From Coprobacillaceae bacterium (GTDB lineage Bacteria; Bacillota_I; Bacilli_A; Erysipelotrichales; Coprobacillaceae): a DNA stretch of 32,000 nt. The notes under the pieces are model-generated. The model worked only from the letters and a program-made list of their open reading frames with translations, did no database searches and had not been told where the DNA came from. Positions 17,073 to 25,983 of this stretch are shown here, in pieces; the stretch's first letter is position 1; each line of letters begins with the position of its first letter. The stretch lies in the NCBI GenBank assembly GCA_963675915.1, contig OY780959.1:1080001-1112000 (forward strand), in the 5' to 3' direction. The position numbers and the translations under genes were made by a program.

Positions 17073-17150
17073 TGGTCTGGTAGTTCAGTTGGTTAGAATG
17101 CCGCCCTGTCACGGCGGAGGTCGCGGGTTCGAGTCCCGTCCAGACCGCCA
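17073..17150 (+). tRNA. tRNA-Asp (anticodon GUC), CCA encoded
   Basis: Acceptor GGTCTGG/CCAGACC, anticodon stem CCGCC/GGCGG with loop CTGTCAC, T arm GCGGG-TTCGAGT-CCCGT. It is 78 nt by my count, with one more nucleotide than usual between the D and anticodon stems. Confidence 0.9.
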
Positions 17151-17161
17151 ACTATAAAAAC

Positions 17162-17187
17162 AAAGTGCTTGTAAAGGCACTTTTTTT
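17162..17187 (+). terminator. Terminator after the tRNA cluster
   Basis: AAAGTGC-loop-GCACTTT followed by TTTT. Confidence 0.7.
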
Positions 17188-17261
17188 ATTTTCATAATCA
17201 GGAAACAGGCCCTATTCTTGCCCATTTATGATAGGATGATACGGAATAAAGGAGATATGAA

Positions 17262-17912
17262 ATGACAAAAGCAATTATTTTCGATATGGACGGATTGATG
17301 ATCGACAGCGAAAGAGTAACTTATGAAATCTATGAAGAAATCCTTAATGAACAAGGCCAAGTAGCCATGGGCGAAGATTTCTACTGCTCGATGATCGGTT
17401 CCAACCACAAAGACAACCTGATCAGATTAAAAAATAAATTCACTAATGTCGACTGCGAAGAAATGGTAGCTGAAGTATACCGTCGCATCGCCAAGAAATT
17501 CGACTTGGAAGGACCGACTGTCAAACCGGGACTTTTCAAACTGCTTGAATACCTTAAAGCCAACCAATACAAAACCATGGTGGCAACTTCATCATCTCGT
17601 CATCGCGTTGATGATATCCTGGCTAAAGCCAAACTAACTGAATACTTCGATGATGTCATCTGTGGTGACGAAATCAAAAACGGAAAACCGGCACCGGATA
17701 TTTTCCTCGAAGCAATAAAGAAACTGCAAGTCAACAGTGACGAAGCTTATGTCCTTGAAGACTCACCGGCCGGAATCCAGGCTTCAGTTTCGGCAGCGAT
17801 CAAAGTAATCGCGATTCCCGACATGGTCAAAATCGAAGGACAACCATTAGAGCAAGCCCATACGGTTTTGCCAACGTTAAATGAAGTGATCACTTACCTT
17901 GACAACAAATAA
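17262..17912 (+). CDS. HAD-superfamily hydrolase (beta-phosphoglucomutase/sugar-phosphatase subfamily IA), paralog 1
   Basis: All four HAD motifs are present: FDMDGLMIDSE, VATSSS, KNGKPAPD, LEDSPAG. Confidence 0.9.
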   Translation: MTKAIIFDMDGLMIDSERVTYEIYEEILNEQGQVAMGEDFYCSMIGSNHKDNLIRLKNKFTNVDCEEMVAEVYRRIAKKFDLEGPTVKPGLFKLLEYLKANQYKTMVATSSSRHRVDDILAKAKLTEYFDDVICGDEIKNGKPAPDIFLEAIKKLQVNSDEAYVLEDSPAGIQASVSAAIKVIAIPDMVKIEGQPLEQAHTVLPTLNEVITYLDNK

Positions 17913-17919
17913 GAACATC

Positions 17920-17945
17920 AAACCTGCTCAAGCAGGTTTTTTTAT
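17920..17945 (+). terminator. Terminator after HAD paralog 1
   Basis: AAACCTGC-tcaa-GCAGGTTT followed by TTTTT. Confidence 0.75.
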
Positions 17946-18044
17946 TATCCCACCACTCCCCAAAAATAGATTCAGTTTCGGGAAAAACTTAACAACCCTA
18001 GCTAATCATGATAAGATACAAGTAACCCACAAAGGAGATCTGCA

Positions 18045-18689
18045 ATGATAAGAGCAATAATTTTTGATATGGATGGTCTGATGCTGGACACTGAAAGAAT
18101 CACTTATGGATTCTATCAGGATATCCTCAAAGACCACAATGAAACGATGAGCGAGGATTTTTACAGCACGATGATCGGTTCCAACCACCGGGACAACAGC
18201 CGCCGCCTGCAGCTAAAATACCCGCACATTGACTGTGAAGCGATGATGAATGAAGTCAATCGCCGGATCGCTGAAAAATTCGAACGCGATGGTCCGACTT
18301 TAAAACCCGGCCTGGTCGAACTGCTTAAATACCTGCGCAACAACAATTACAAAACCATGGTTGCCACCTCGTCTTCCCGCCACCGGGTGGATGTGATTTT
18401 AGAAACCGCTAAGTTGATTCCTTTTTTCGATGATGTCATCTGTGGTGATGAAATCAAAAACGGAAAACCGGCCCCGGATATCTTCCTTGAAGCAATCAGG
18501 AAACTCGATGTCCGTCCTGATCAAGCCTATATCCTTGAAGACTCACCAGCCGGAATCATGGCCTCGGTCTTAGCCGACATCAAAGTGATTGTCATCCCGG
18601 ATATGGCCAATATCGACGGTCAGCCAAGCCAGATGGCTCATGCCATTTTACCGACTTTGGCCGATGTGATCGGATTTTTGGAAAAATAA
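18045..18689 (+). CDS. HAD-superfamily hydrolase, paralog 2
   Basis: Same motifs (FDMDGLMLDTE, VATSSS, KNGKPAPD, LEDSPAG). Collinear with 17262..17912. Confidence 0.9.
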   Translation: MIRAIIFDMDGLMLDTERITYGFYQDILKDHNETMSEDFYSTMIGSNHRDNSRRLQLKYPHIDCEAMMNEVNRRIAEKFERDGPTLKPGLVELLKYLRNNNYKTMVATSSSRHRVDVILETAKLIPFFDDVICGDEIKNGKPAPDIFLEAIRKLDVRPDQAYILEDSPAGIMASVLADIKVIVIPDMANIDGQPSQMAHAILPTLADVIGFLEK

Positions 18690-18702
18690 ACCTCAGATAC
18701 GC

Positions 18703-18730
18703 AAAACAACCTGCCAGGCAGGTTGTTTTT
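18703..18730. terminator. Bidirectional terminator between HAD paralog 2 and the racemase gene
   Basis: AAAACAACCTG...CAGGTTGTTTTT, a palindrome flanked by an A-run and a T-run. Confidence 0.75.
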
Positions 18731-19421
18731 ATTCTTCCAAAGCCAGATAGGCCGCTTTGGTGGCATGAATGCTAGTCGTATCGAACAGTTTTAATGCCAC
18801 ATCCTCCGCTTTGATGATCATCCCGATTTCAGTACAGCCCAGAATGATTCCCTGGACTCCTTGTTGTTCCAGGTTGGCGATGATTTTCAAAATGGCTGCC
18901 TTGGTTGTTTCCTTGAAGTTCCCCAGGCACAGCTCATTGAAAATAAAACCATTGAGCATTTCAATCTCTTCTTCACTGGGAATCACGACTTCAATCCCCT
19001 GGTCAATGATCCGGTCTTTATAGAAGTCTCCGGTCATCGTATATTTGGTCCCCAGCAAGCCGACCTTGGTAATGTTTGCCTGAGTGAGCTGTTCAACCGT
19101 CGCATCCCCAATATGGATAAAGGGAATCCGGACCAGTTTTTCCACTTGAGGCACCACCTTGTGCATGGTATTGGTACACATCACCAGATAATCAGCACCG
19201 GCCCGCTCCAGTCGAACCGCGATATCGGCCATGATCATCGCACATTCATCCCAGTCATCAACTCGCTGCAACTTCTCCACCTCGGCAAAATCAACGCTGT
19301 AAAGCAGGATTTTTCCGCTATGGAGTCCCCCTAGTTGTTCCTTGATGATTTCATTGATGGTTTCATAATAAGTGACGGTGCTTTCCCAGCTCATTCCACC
19401 AATCATTCCAATCGTTTTCAT
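18729..19421 (-). CDS. Aspartate/glutamate racemase family protein
   Basis: IGMIGGMSWEST N-terminus and the two catalytic Cys motifs (MCTNTMH and LGCTEIG) are typical of the Asp/Glu/hydantoin racemase family. Confidence 0.85.
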   Translation of the reverse strand: MKTIGMIGGMSWESTVTYYETINEIIKEQLGGLHSGKILLYSVDFAEVEKLQRVDDWDECAMIMADIAVRLERAGADYLVMCTNTMHKVVPQVEKLVRIPFIHIGDATVEQLTQANITKVGLLGTKYTMTGDFYKDRIIDQGIEVVIPSEEEIEMLNGFIFNELCLGNFKETTKAAILKIIANLEQQGVQGIILGCTEIGMIIKAEDVALKLFDTTSIHATKAAYLALEE

Positions 19422-19487
19422 ATTTTAACCTCCCATCGACAGTTACTTCTAATGCAATTTCCAGTTACAGGCCCAGACCAGACCAAA

Positions 19488-20789
19488 TCAGGCCGGGTTC
19501 TGGTTGGTCGAACCATTATTATCATTTGATTTTGGATCATTAAAGTCCGGCGCATTTTGATCGAGACTTTTTTCATAAGCCCTAAAAAACGGCAAAATCA
19601 CCAGATAATCAATTCCAATTATGGCCACCTGATAGAAAATCCCCATGATGCCCGACTGGATAAAACCGGAAACAAACACCGGCAGTCCCCAGACATACAT
19701 TGAATGAGGGTAAGGCAGCAGTCCGATTTCCATCAAAACGAACATCAAGATCAGGTTGATTGCCACAATCAGCAACTGCGGGATCAACAAATAAGGATTC
19801 ATCACAATCGGGATCCCGAAATTGACCGGCTCGAAAACACCAAAAACCGACGGCACCAAGGCCAAACGGCCCAGCGAACGGAGCTGGATTTTCCGGCTGG
19901 TCAGACAGACCAGGGCCCAAACCATTGCCAGCACCCCACCAAGATTCAAGATTCCCATCGCAAACATATGGGGGACCGGATTGCCCGAAGCGTAGGCAAT
20001 CGCATTTTCAAGCGCCGCCGGGATCAGCAATGGTGGAATGATTGGAGCTGTCGCCGCCGCTCCGTGGATTCCAAAAAACCAGAACAGCCACGGCAATAGA
20101 AGCAAAATCACCAGCGAAACCGGATTGGTGCTTAAAAGACTTAGCGGTCGGGAAATCAAGTCATAGATCATCCCATTAATCCCGCTAAAGCCCAGGGCAA
20201 TGGTGGTACGCTCCAATAAAAGCAGCACCAAGGTGATGATCGCCAGGGGCACCAGACCTTCAAATGACCGGGCGACATTTGACGCCACCCCGCCTGGCAT
20301 CTTGAAATAAAGCTTGAACTTCCGGCAAAGCCCAAACAACCGGACCGCCATCGCAGTGACAATCATGGCACCAAACAGGCCCCTTGCCCCCAGATATTCA
20401 AAACTGAAGGGTTCGCTCCCCGGGGCAAATCCCTCATTAGTCAGCAGCAAAATCGCAAACATGGCGATAAAGGCCATCATCAACTCATAACCGGTCAGTT
20501 TGAGCTCCTGGGAATAATGATAACCCAAAGCCCCGGCAAGCCAGAGAGCATAAAGATTCAACGAGAGATTGTTGATTAAAATCAGCCCGGCTTTGATTCC
20601 AGAATCGCTGATCAAAGTCTGATATGGTCCCCATGCCAGGCCCGCCAAGAGGGTTGCAAAGGAACCGAGCAACACCAGTGGCATCAGTGCCATAAACGAC
20701 CGGTTAAGGGCTTTGACAAATGGCAAAGCGACGAAACGGCCAAAGTGATGGTTCAGTTTGGTTTCGACAAAATAACTGATTTTTTCCAT
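19488..20789 (-). CDS. PTS sugar transporter subunit EIIC (lactose/cellobiose-type)
   Basis: Polytopic protein with the FFGIHG motif. ATG 20789 has a GGAGGG RBS. The upstream 20 codons of the track ORF lack one. Confidence 0.8.
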   Translation of the reverse strand: MEKISYFVETKLNHHFGRFVALPFVKALNRSFMALMPLVLLGSFATLLAGLAWGPYQTLISDSGIKAGLILINNLSLNLYALWLAGALGYHYSQELKLTGYELMMAFIAMFAILLLTNEGFAPGSEPFSFEYLGARGLFGAMIVTAMAVRLFGLCRKFKLYFKMPGGVASNVARSFEGLVPLAIITLVLLLLERTTIALGFSGINGMIYDLISRPLSLLSTNPVSLVILLLLPWLFWFFGIHGAAATAPIIPPLLIPAALENAIAYASGNPVPHMFAMGILNLGGVLAMVWALVCLTSRKIQLRSLGRLALVPSVFGVFEPVNFGIPIVMNPYLLIPQLLIVAINLILMFVLMEIGLLPYPHSMYVWGLPVFVSGFIQSGIMGIFYQVAIIGIDYLVILPFFRAYEKSLDQNAPDFNDPKSNDNNGSTNQNPA

Positions 20790-20951
20790 GCAGCCCTCCA
20801 AAACGATGATTTCGATGCGCGACTTTAAACGGTAAATGTTCAGTATCACGACTTGGTATCTCTATCAATTATAACTGCAATCGGTTACAGATGCAACTTT
20901 CACTTTAACAGCCTCCTTGTCCTTGAGGACGGGTTAAATTCAAAGCCACAT

Positions 20952-20983
20952 AAAAACCACCGCCAGTTAAAAAACAGCGATGG
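20952..20983 (-). terminator. Terminator after DMT gene 21003..21923
   Basis: Minus-strand sense CCATCGC-loop-GCGGTGG followed by TTTTT (one mismatch in the stem). Confidence 0.5.
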
Positions 20984-21002
20984 CCAGAAAATATTATCAA
21001 AT

Positions 21003-21923
21003 TCAGATGGTGGTTGGCTCCAGTTCATCCAACTGCCCCTGGTCGCGGGCACTCATCACCAAAGAGGCAATGATCATGACAATTCCTCCGATGGTAAAGA
21101 TATTGAGGTCTTCCTTGAAAACGACAATTCCGACAATCGTAGCCACCAACGGTTCCACGAAGGTAAGCAGCGATGCTTTCGACGGTTCAAGCCGTTCCAG
21201 CCCCTTGGTATAAAGCAAAAACGGGGTCAAGGTCGAACCCAGGCCCAAAACCAGGGCACTGATGATTCCGACTGAATTTCCAGCCACAATCACCACCAGA
21301 TTGATCGGACTCGCAAAAGGCAGCAAGGCCAACGAAGCGAAGACGAAAGTATAGGTTGTCACGGTCATCCCGCTGTATTTTTTCAGAGCAACTTTGCCAA
21401 AAATGCTGTAAAGAGCGTAACCGAATCCCGACCCGATCCCCACCAGGATCCCAAACAAGGTCGTCTGGGGAGTTTCCATAAAAAGCCCCACTGCCAGGGC
21501 GCAACCGGTAAAAGCCAGAATGAGGGCCAGCAGTTTGGCCTTGGTAAAGGCCTCTTTGAAAAACAGCGCCGACATCAAGGTCACAAAGCAAGGCCCGGTA
21601 TAAAGCAGGATGGCCGCAATCGACAAGGTCGATACCTGGATGCACAGAAAATAACAGATATTGAAAAAAGCGATGCTAAGAATGCCGCTGCCAAGAAACA
21701 TCCAGAGGTCCCGGATGTTGATTTTAAGACCCTCAGGATTTTTAAAAGCCAGGGTCAAAGTCAGTGAAACAGCGGTAATGATACAACGTGCCAGGGTGAT
21801 TTGCACCGCATTTAACCCCAGTGAATAGAGCTGGCGGGTGAAGATGCCAATCACACCCCAGCAGATTCCCGCTACCACCACCATCACCAACGCGAGGCGT
21901 TTGGTTCCTTGATTTGTTTTCAT
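21003..21923 (-). CDS. DMT (EamA-like) family transporter
   Basis: About 10 TM segments in a two-fold EamA-like arrangement (...CWG.IG.F.R...). GGGGAAA RBS. Confidence 0.8.
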   Translation of the reverse strand: MKTNQGTKRLALVMVVVAGICWGVIGIFTRQLYSLGLNAVQITLARCIITAVSLTLTLAFKNPEGLKINIRDLWMFLGSGILSIAFFNICYFLCIQVSTLSIAAILLYTGPCFVTLMSALFFKEAFTKAKLLALILAFTGCALAVGLFMETPQTTLFGILVGIGSGFGYALYSIFGKVALKKYSGMTVTTYTFVFASLALLPFASPINLVVIVAGNSVGIISALVLGLGSTLTPFLLYTKGLERLEPSKASLLTFVEPLVATIVGIVVFKEDLNIFTIGGIVMIIASLVMSARDQGQLDELEPTTI

Positions 21924-21959
21924 AACATTTCCCCATCAATTCAAATGAATTACCCTTTC

Positions 21960-22007
21960 TTGAATCTATCTTGATAGTATTATATAATCAGTTTGGTATT
22001 AATACAA
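21960..22007. promoter_or_regulatory. Overlapping divergent promoters (LysR gene on +, DMT gene on -) with a LysR-type T-N11-A dyad
   Basis: Plus strand: TTGAAT (21960-65), 17 nt, TATAAT (21983-88). Minus strand: TTGTAT (complement of 22002-07), 17 nt, TATAAT (complement of 21979-84). TGAT-N11-ATCA dyad at 21972-21990. Confidence 0.55.
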
Positions 22008-22056
22008 TCTTTAAATTTTTAACATCGTCTTAAGTAACACTTAATAAGGAGCGCTT

Positions 22057-22944
22057 ATGGAAAATTCGAAATATCTGGCCTTTGTCACCGCCGCCAAACA
22101 CGGCAGTTTCACTCAGGCCGCCAAGGAACTCAATTATTCGACCTCAGGGATCTCCCAGCTGATTGGAGCCCTGGAAAAAGAGCACGGCTTCGCCCTTTTC
22201 ACCCGAACCAAAAAAGGCGTGGCTTTGACCAGAAACGGAGCAACCATCCTGCCGATCATCCAGGAAATCCTCCGCCAGGAAGAACATCTCACTCAAATGG
22301 TATCCTTTGTCAACGGACTCGAAGTCGGTGAAGTGACCATCGCCGCCTACTCTTCAGTAGCGACTCACTGGCTCCCGGAAGTCATCAAGGAATACCGCCA
22401 ACTCTACCCCCAGATCAAACTGAACCTGCGCGAAGGAATCCGTCAGGAAGTGGCCAAGTGGCTTGATACCAAACAGGCCGATATCGCCTTTTTGTCCTAT
22501 CAGGAAAACATGCCCTACGAATGGTTTCCCCTCGCCCAAGACAAGATGATCGCAGTTCTACCCCAAAACCATCCCCTGGCAACTGCCAAAAGCTATCCTC
22601 TGGCGCGTTGCTCGAGCGAAGAGTTCATCATGCCGGCTTTAGGCAAGGACGACGATGTCATCGACATGTTTGAAAAATACCAGCTTAATCCCGATATCGT
22701 CTTTTCAACCCTGGAGAACTTTGTTGCCTTGACGATGATCGAACAGGGATTGGGGATGAGTATCATGAACGAGCTGATCACCAAACGTTGGGAGTGTGAT
22801 GTAGTCAAACTCCCGGTCGAACCACCGGTATCGATCACCCTGGGTATCGCTGTTGAATCCTACCAGAACAGCTCCCCGGCAGTAAAAAAATTCATCGATA
22901 TCGCGATTGGAAAACTGCAGCGATTAAGTGACAAAAAGACCTGA
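22057..22944 (+). CDS. LysR family transcriptional regulator
   Basis: N-terminal HTH LAFVTAAKHGSFTQAAKELNYSTSGISQLIGALEKEHGFALF.R plus a LysR substrate-binding domain. Divergent from the DMT gene. Confidence 0.9.
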   Translation: MENSKYLAFVTAAKHGSFTQAAKELNYSTSGISQLIGALEKEHGFALFTRTKKGVALTRNGATILPIIQEILRQEEHLTQMVSFVNGLEVGEVTIAAYSSVATHWLPEVIKEYRQLYPQIKLNLREGIRQEVAKWLDTKQADIAFLSYQENMPYEWFPLAQDKMIAVLPQNHPLATAKSYPLARCSSEEFIMPALGKDDDVIDMFEKYQLNPDIVFSTLENFVALTMIEQGLGMSIMNELITKRWECDVVKLPVEPPVSITLGIAVESYQNSSPAVKKFIDIAIGKLQRLSDKKT

Positions 22945-22975
22945 AAAAACTCCGCTTGTAGCGGAGTTCTTGTTC
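22945..22975 (+). terminator. Terminator after the LysR gene
   Basis: AACTCCGC-ttgta-GCGGAGTT followed by CTTGTT. Confidence 0.6.
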
Positions 22976-23079
22976 GTTCCAGGACTTTGTTATGGTGATT
23001 ATTGTAATATTGTTTTGTTATCAACGGGGGATTGTTAGATGCGATAACAAAATGTTTTGCCAAATCAGTTACCAGGCCC

Positions 23080-24042
23080 TTACCCCTTGTAACCGACACT
23101 TCTTTCATTGATCAATGGTTTCCCATTGCGGTAAAGCTCTAAATTATCTTCGTACAACTTTTTAATCCGTTTGATCCAACTGTCGCCGGTTCCCGCTTTG
23201 TGGGAAGTGATGAACACATTGTCCAAATCCCATAATTGTGATTTTTCCGGTAACGGTTCGACTTCGAACACATCCAGGGCTGCCGCCTGAATTTCATTGT
23301 TTTTCAAAGCCGTGATCAGATCATCTTCAACTACGATCGGTCCTCTGGCAATGTTGACGAAAATCGCCTCTTTTTTCATCTTTTTGAACATTTCCAGATT
23401 GAACATCCCGTGAGTCGCTTCGTTGAGCGGTACCGCCACAACGATGTAGTCGCTTGTCGCCACCAGTTTATCCAAACCGGCTTGGTCATTATAGAAATGA
23501 TCCCAGTACTGACCGTCCTTGTTATACAGTCCGTAAGTTTGCACTTCCATGTCGAACCCTTTGGCTCTTTTGGCAATTTCCGTAGCGATTGCTCCATCAC
23601 CTATTATTCCCATTTTCTTGGTATACAGATCCTGAGAGATAACCGATAGCCACGGATCTTGGCCAAAATGCGACCATGATTTGTTTTCCTTGTTTGCCTC
23701 GAATTCCCGGATTCTTCTTGAGAAGAACAGAATTTTACACATCACGTCCTCGGCAATGGAAACACTTTGGTTTCCGGTACCATTAGTGAAGTGGATCCCT
23801 CTTTTTCTGACTTCATCGATATCCGATCTTTCAAAACCAGCCGAAGGTACTTGAATCCATTTGACTCTCTCACATATATCCAAAAAATCTTTTTGGACCA
23901 GATGCGGTTGGCAGACGATGACTTCAGCTTCTTTCATGACAGCTGAGTTTTCCACCATTTGTGTGTTCGAGTAAAACAGAACATCATCTTCGGGCAGTTC
24001 GGGGAAGATCCCCTTATATAATTCATGTGCTACAATCTTCAT
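23080..24042 (-). CDS. D-isomer-specific 2-hydroxyacid dehydrogenase family protein (NAD-binding)
   Basis: GIIGDGAIATEIA dinucleotide fold. The ...NIARGPIV.E..L..AL......AALDVFE.EPL... and ...ITSH... catalytic R/E/H pattern is present. ATG 24042 has an AAGGAG RBS. Confidence 0.85.
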   Translation of the reverse strand: MKIVAHELYKGIFPELPEDDVLFYSNTQMVENSAVMKEAEVIVCQPHLVQKDFLDICERVKWIQVPSAGFERSDIDEVRKRGIHFTNGTGNQSVSIAEDVMCKILFFSRRIREFEANKENKSWSHFGQDPWLSVISQDLYTKKMGIIGDGAIATEIAKRAKGFDMEVQTYGLYNKDGQYWDHFYNDQAGLDKLVATSDYIVVAVPLNEATHGMFNLEMFKKMKKEAIFVNIARGPIVVEDDLITALKNNEIQAAALDVFEVEPLPEKSQLWDLDNVFITSHKAGTGDSWIKRIKKLYEDNLELYRNGKPLINERSVGYKG

Positions 24043-24258
24043 AAATTTCTCCTTGATTACAATAACTGAATCTTTTTTCCACACCCTGAAGATAATTTAC
24101 CACTAAAAATGTCAAGAAAATGTAAACCAGTTTATAAAAATCTTTAATTATAATCCATTATCATTTAAAATTTTTTATATCGACTATTAATTTTATTTAA
24201 ACTAACCCGGATTTGAAGAATTATTCCTCACCAAATGAATTATTGACCAAAAAGATTA

Positions 24259-24274
24259 TGTGATTTGGGTCAAA
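24259..24274. promoter_or_regulatory. Crp/Fnr-type box TGTGA-N6-TCAAA
   Basis: TGTGATTTGGGTCAAA lies between the dehydrogenase and Crp/Fnr genes. It sits inside a larger inverted repeat TTGACC (24243-48) / GGTCAA (24268-73). Confidence 0.45.
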
Positions 24275-24348
24275 CAGTGGAAAAACAATCAGGAATAAGA
24301 TAAAATATTATTACTACTCAAATAACTTATTAAAGGAGGTCGATTCAA

Positions 24349-25041
24349 TTGAATAGTTACCTTGATAATGACAGTTTCGCCAACGAGAATCCCTGGATTG
24401 AACTTCCCGCTGGCTATTGGGACAGCATTATCGCCGACTTGACCCCGACTACCTACGGCAAGAATCAAATCATCTTCCATCAAGGCGATCAGCTCGACTA
24501 CGTCTATATCTTCAAGACCGGTCGCGCCCATGTAAGTTACTACGGGGCTCAGGGTGAACTCAAGTGCGCCTACGTCGCCGAAGTCAACTGCATGATCGGC
24601 GAAGGGGTTGCTTTGCCCGGTTATACCGCTTACTACACCGCAACTGCCATCGTGGCCAGCGAAGTGTATGTGATTCCCATTGCAACATTGAAAGCCAAGC
24701 TTTCCGAGGATGGCGATTTCGCCCTTAAAGTCATCAATCTGATGGCCAGAAAAATGCGGATTCATTCGGCAATGCAAATCGAGCTTTCCTTCCGGGAAGC
24801 CTATACGAGAATTTGCAACGTCATCTATTACATCGCCCAGACTTATGGCACAATCGATGAATACAATCACATCCGGGTGGGCATCCGTTTCACCCATCAG
24901 GAGATTGCCAGCATGGTCAATACCAGCCGGGTTTCGGTTGCCAATGTCTTCTCCGAACTGCGCCAGAAAGATATCGTGGTCCGCGAAAACGGGTTGTATG
25001 TCATCCGCAATATGGCTGCTCTGGTACCCAAAAACATCTAA
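24349..25041 (+). CDS. Crp/Fnr family transcriptional regulator
   Basis: N-terminal cNMP-binding-like beta-roll (...IFHQGD....VYIFKTG...) and C-terminal HTH (FTHQEIASMVNTSRVSVANVFSELRQKDIV). TTG start 9 nt after GGAGG. Confidence 0.85.
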   Translation: MNSYLDNDSFANENPWIELPAGYWDSIIADLTPTTYGKNQIIFHQGDQLDYVYIFKTGRAHVSYYGAQGELKCAYVAEVNCMIGEGVALPGYTAYYTATAIVASEVYVIPIATLKAKLSEDGDFALKVINLMARKMRIHSAMQIELSFREAYTRICNVIYYIAQTYGTIDEYNHIRVGIRFTHQEIASMVNTSRVSVANVFSELRQKDIVVRENGLYVIRNMAALVPKNI

Positions 25042-25068
25042 GGGAGATTCGCAAGAATCCCCCTTTTT
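25042..25068 (+). terminator. Terminator after the Crp/Fnr gene
   Basis: GGGAGATTC-gcaa-GAATCCCCC followed by TTTTT. Confidence 0.7.
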
Positions 25069-25958
25069 CAGTTATTCAGTTGGCGCGATTCCTGTAGTGG
25101 GCAGGAATCCTTTTTTTCGCTCAAATTGGCCAGAATCACCCCGGCAAAAATCAATAAAGCTCCCAGATAGCCTCTTACCGTCAGAATTTCACCAAGAAAT
25201 ACAAACGACAGCAGTGCCGAGAAGACCGGCTCCAGCGAGAAGATGATTCCAATTGTCGCCGGGTCGGCATGTTTTTGCGCCAGGGGCTGGACAATGAAAC
25301 CATAACCGCCACATACCAGTCCCAAAATCAAGACTGCGACCCACTGTCTTGTGCTTCCAGGCCAAGCCGGAGTTTCCATCAGGAACATCATAATCGCCCC
25401 CAGCAGTGACGCCACCCCCAGTTGGATGATGCTCACAGGAAAGGGATCGCCTTTTTTGGCAATCCAATCGAACAGGAGGATATGAACGGCATAACCCAGC
25501 CCCCCCAAAAGGCCATAAACAGCCCCGAGATTCACCGCGACTCTGGTAGTCACCGTCAAAAGAAACAGTCCGACCAGGACAATCATAATCGAAACCACCA
25601 CCGTTGGTTTGGGCAAGCGCCAGTGCCAGACACTCTCGATGATCGGCACCAAAACCACGGTCGTTCCGGTAAGAAAACCGGCGGTTGAGGCATTGGTGTA
25701 TTTGATTGAATAAACCAGAAAGGCAAAATTCGAAAAAAGGACCGTCCCCATCAAAATTCCCTGGCCCAGCTGCTTCAAGGTGAGCTTGGGATAGATCCGC
25801 CCGAAGATCAGACTCAAAGCGACAAAGGCGATGCCAAAGCGCAAAGCAATCAGATTGAAGGGTTCAAGACTGCCCAGTGCCACTTTCATCAGCAGGTATG
25901 AAGAACCCCAGGCCAGTGAAACACTGGCCATCAGCCATTTGGCCTTAGCTGCATCCAT
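25068..25958 (-). CDS. DMT (EamA-like) family transporter
   Basis: Polytopic EamA-type repeats. ATG 25958 has an AAGGGGGAAA RBS. The longer track ORF would overlap the upstream gene. Confidence 0.8.
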   Translation of the reverse strand: MDAAKAKWLMASVSLAWGSSYLLMKVALGSLEPFNLIALRFGIAFVALSLIFGRIYPKLTLKQLGQGILMGTVLFSNFAFLVYSIKYTNASTAGFLTGTTVVLVPIIESVWHWRLPKPTVVVSIMIVLVGLFLLTVTTRVAVNLGAVYGLLGGLGYAVHILLFDWIAKKGDPFPVSIIQLGVASLLGAIMMFLMETPAWPGSTRQWVAVLILGLVCGGYGFIVQPLAQKHADPATIGIIFSLEPVFSALLSFVFLGEILTVRGYLGALLIFAGVILANLSEKKDSCPLQESRQLNN

Positions 25959-25983
25959 TATTGTTTCCCCCTTTTGAATTTTA

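Noticed and set aside
16644-17260. tRNA cluster as an integration hotspot or genomic-island boundary
   Set aside because: There is no integrase, no partial tRNA direct repeat and no abrupt change in gene content on either side.
23014-23053. 10-bp inverted repeat TTTTGTTATC...GATAACAAAA downstream of the dehydrogenase gene as a regulatory element
   Set aside because: It is most simply a weak terminator hairpin for the convergent LysR and dehydrogenase genes, and nothing else distinguishes it.
24289-24897. 202-aa minus-strand ORF
   Set aside because: It is antisense to the Crp/Fnr gene, which has clear cNMP-binding and HTH motifs. It has no RBS and no recognisable motifs.
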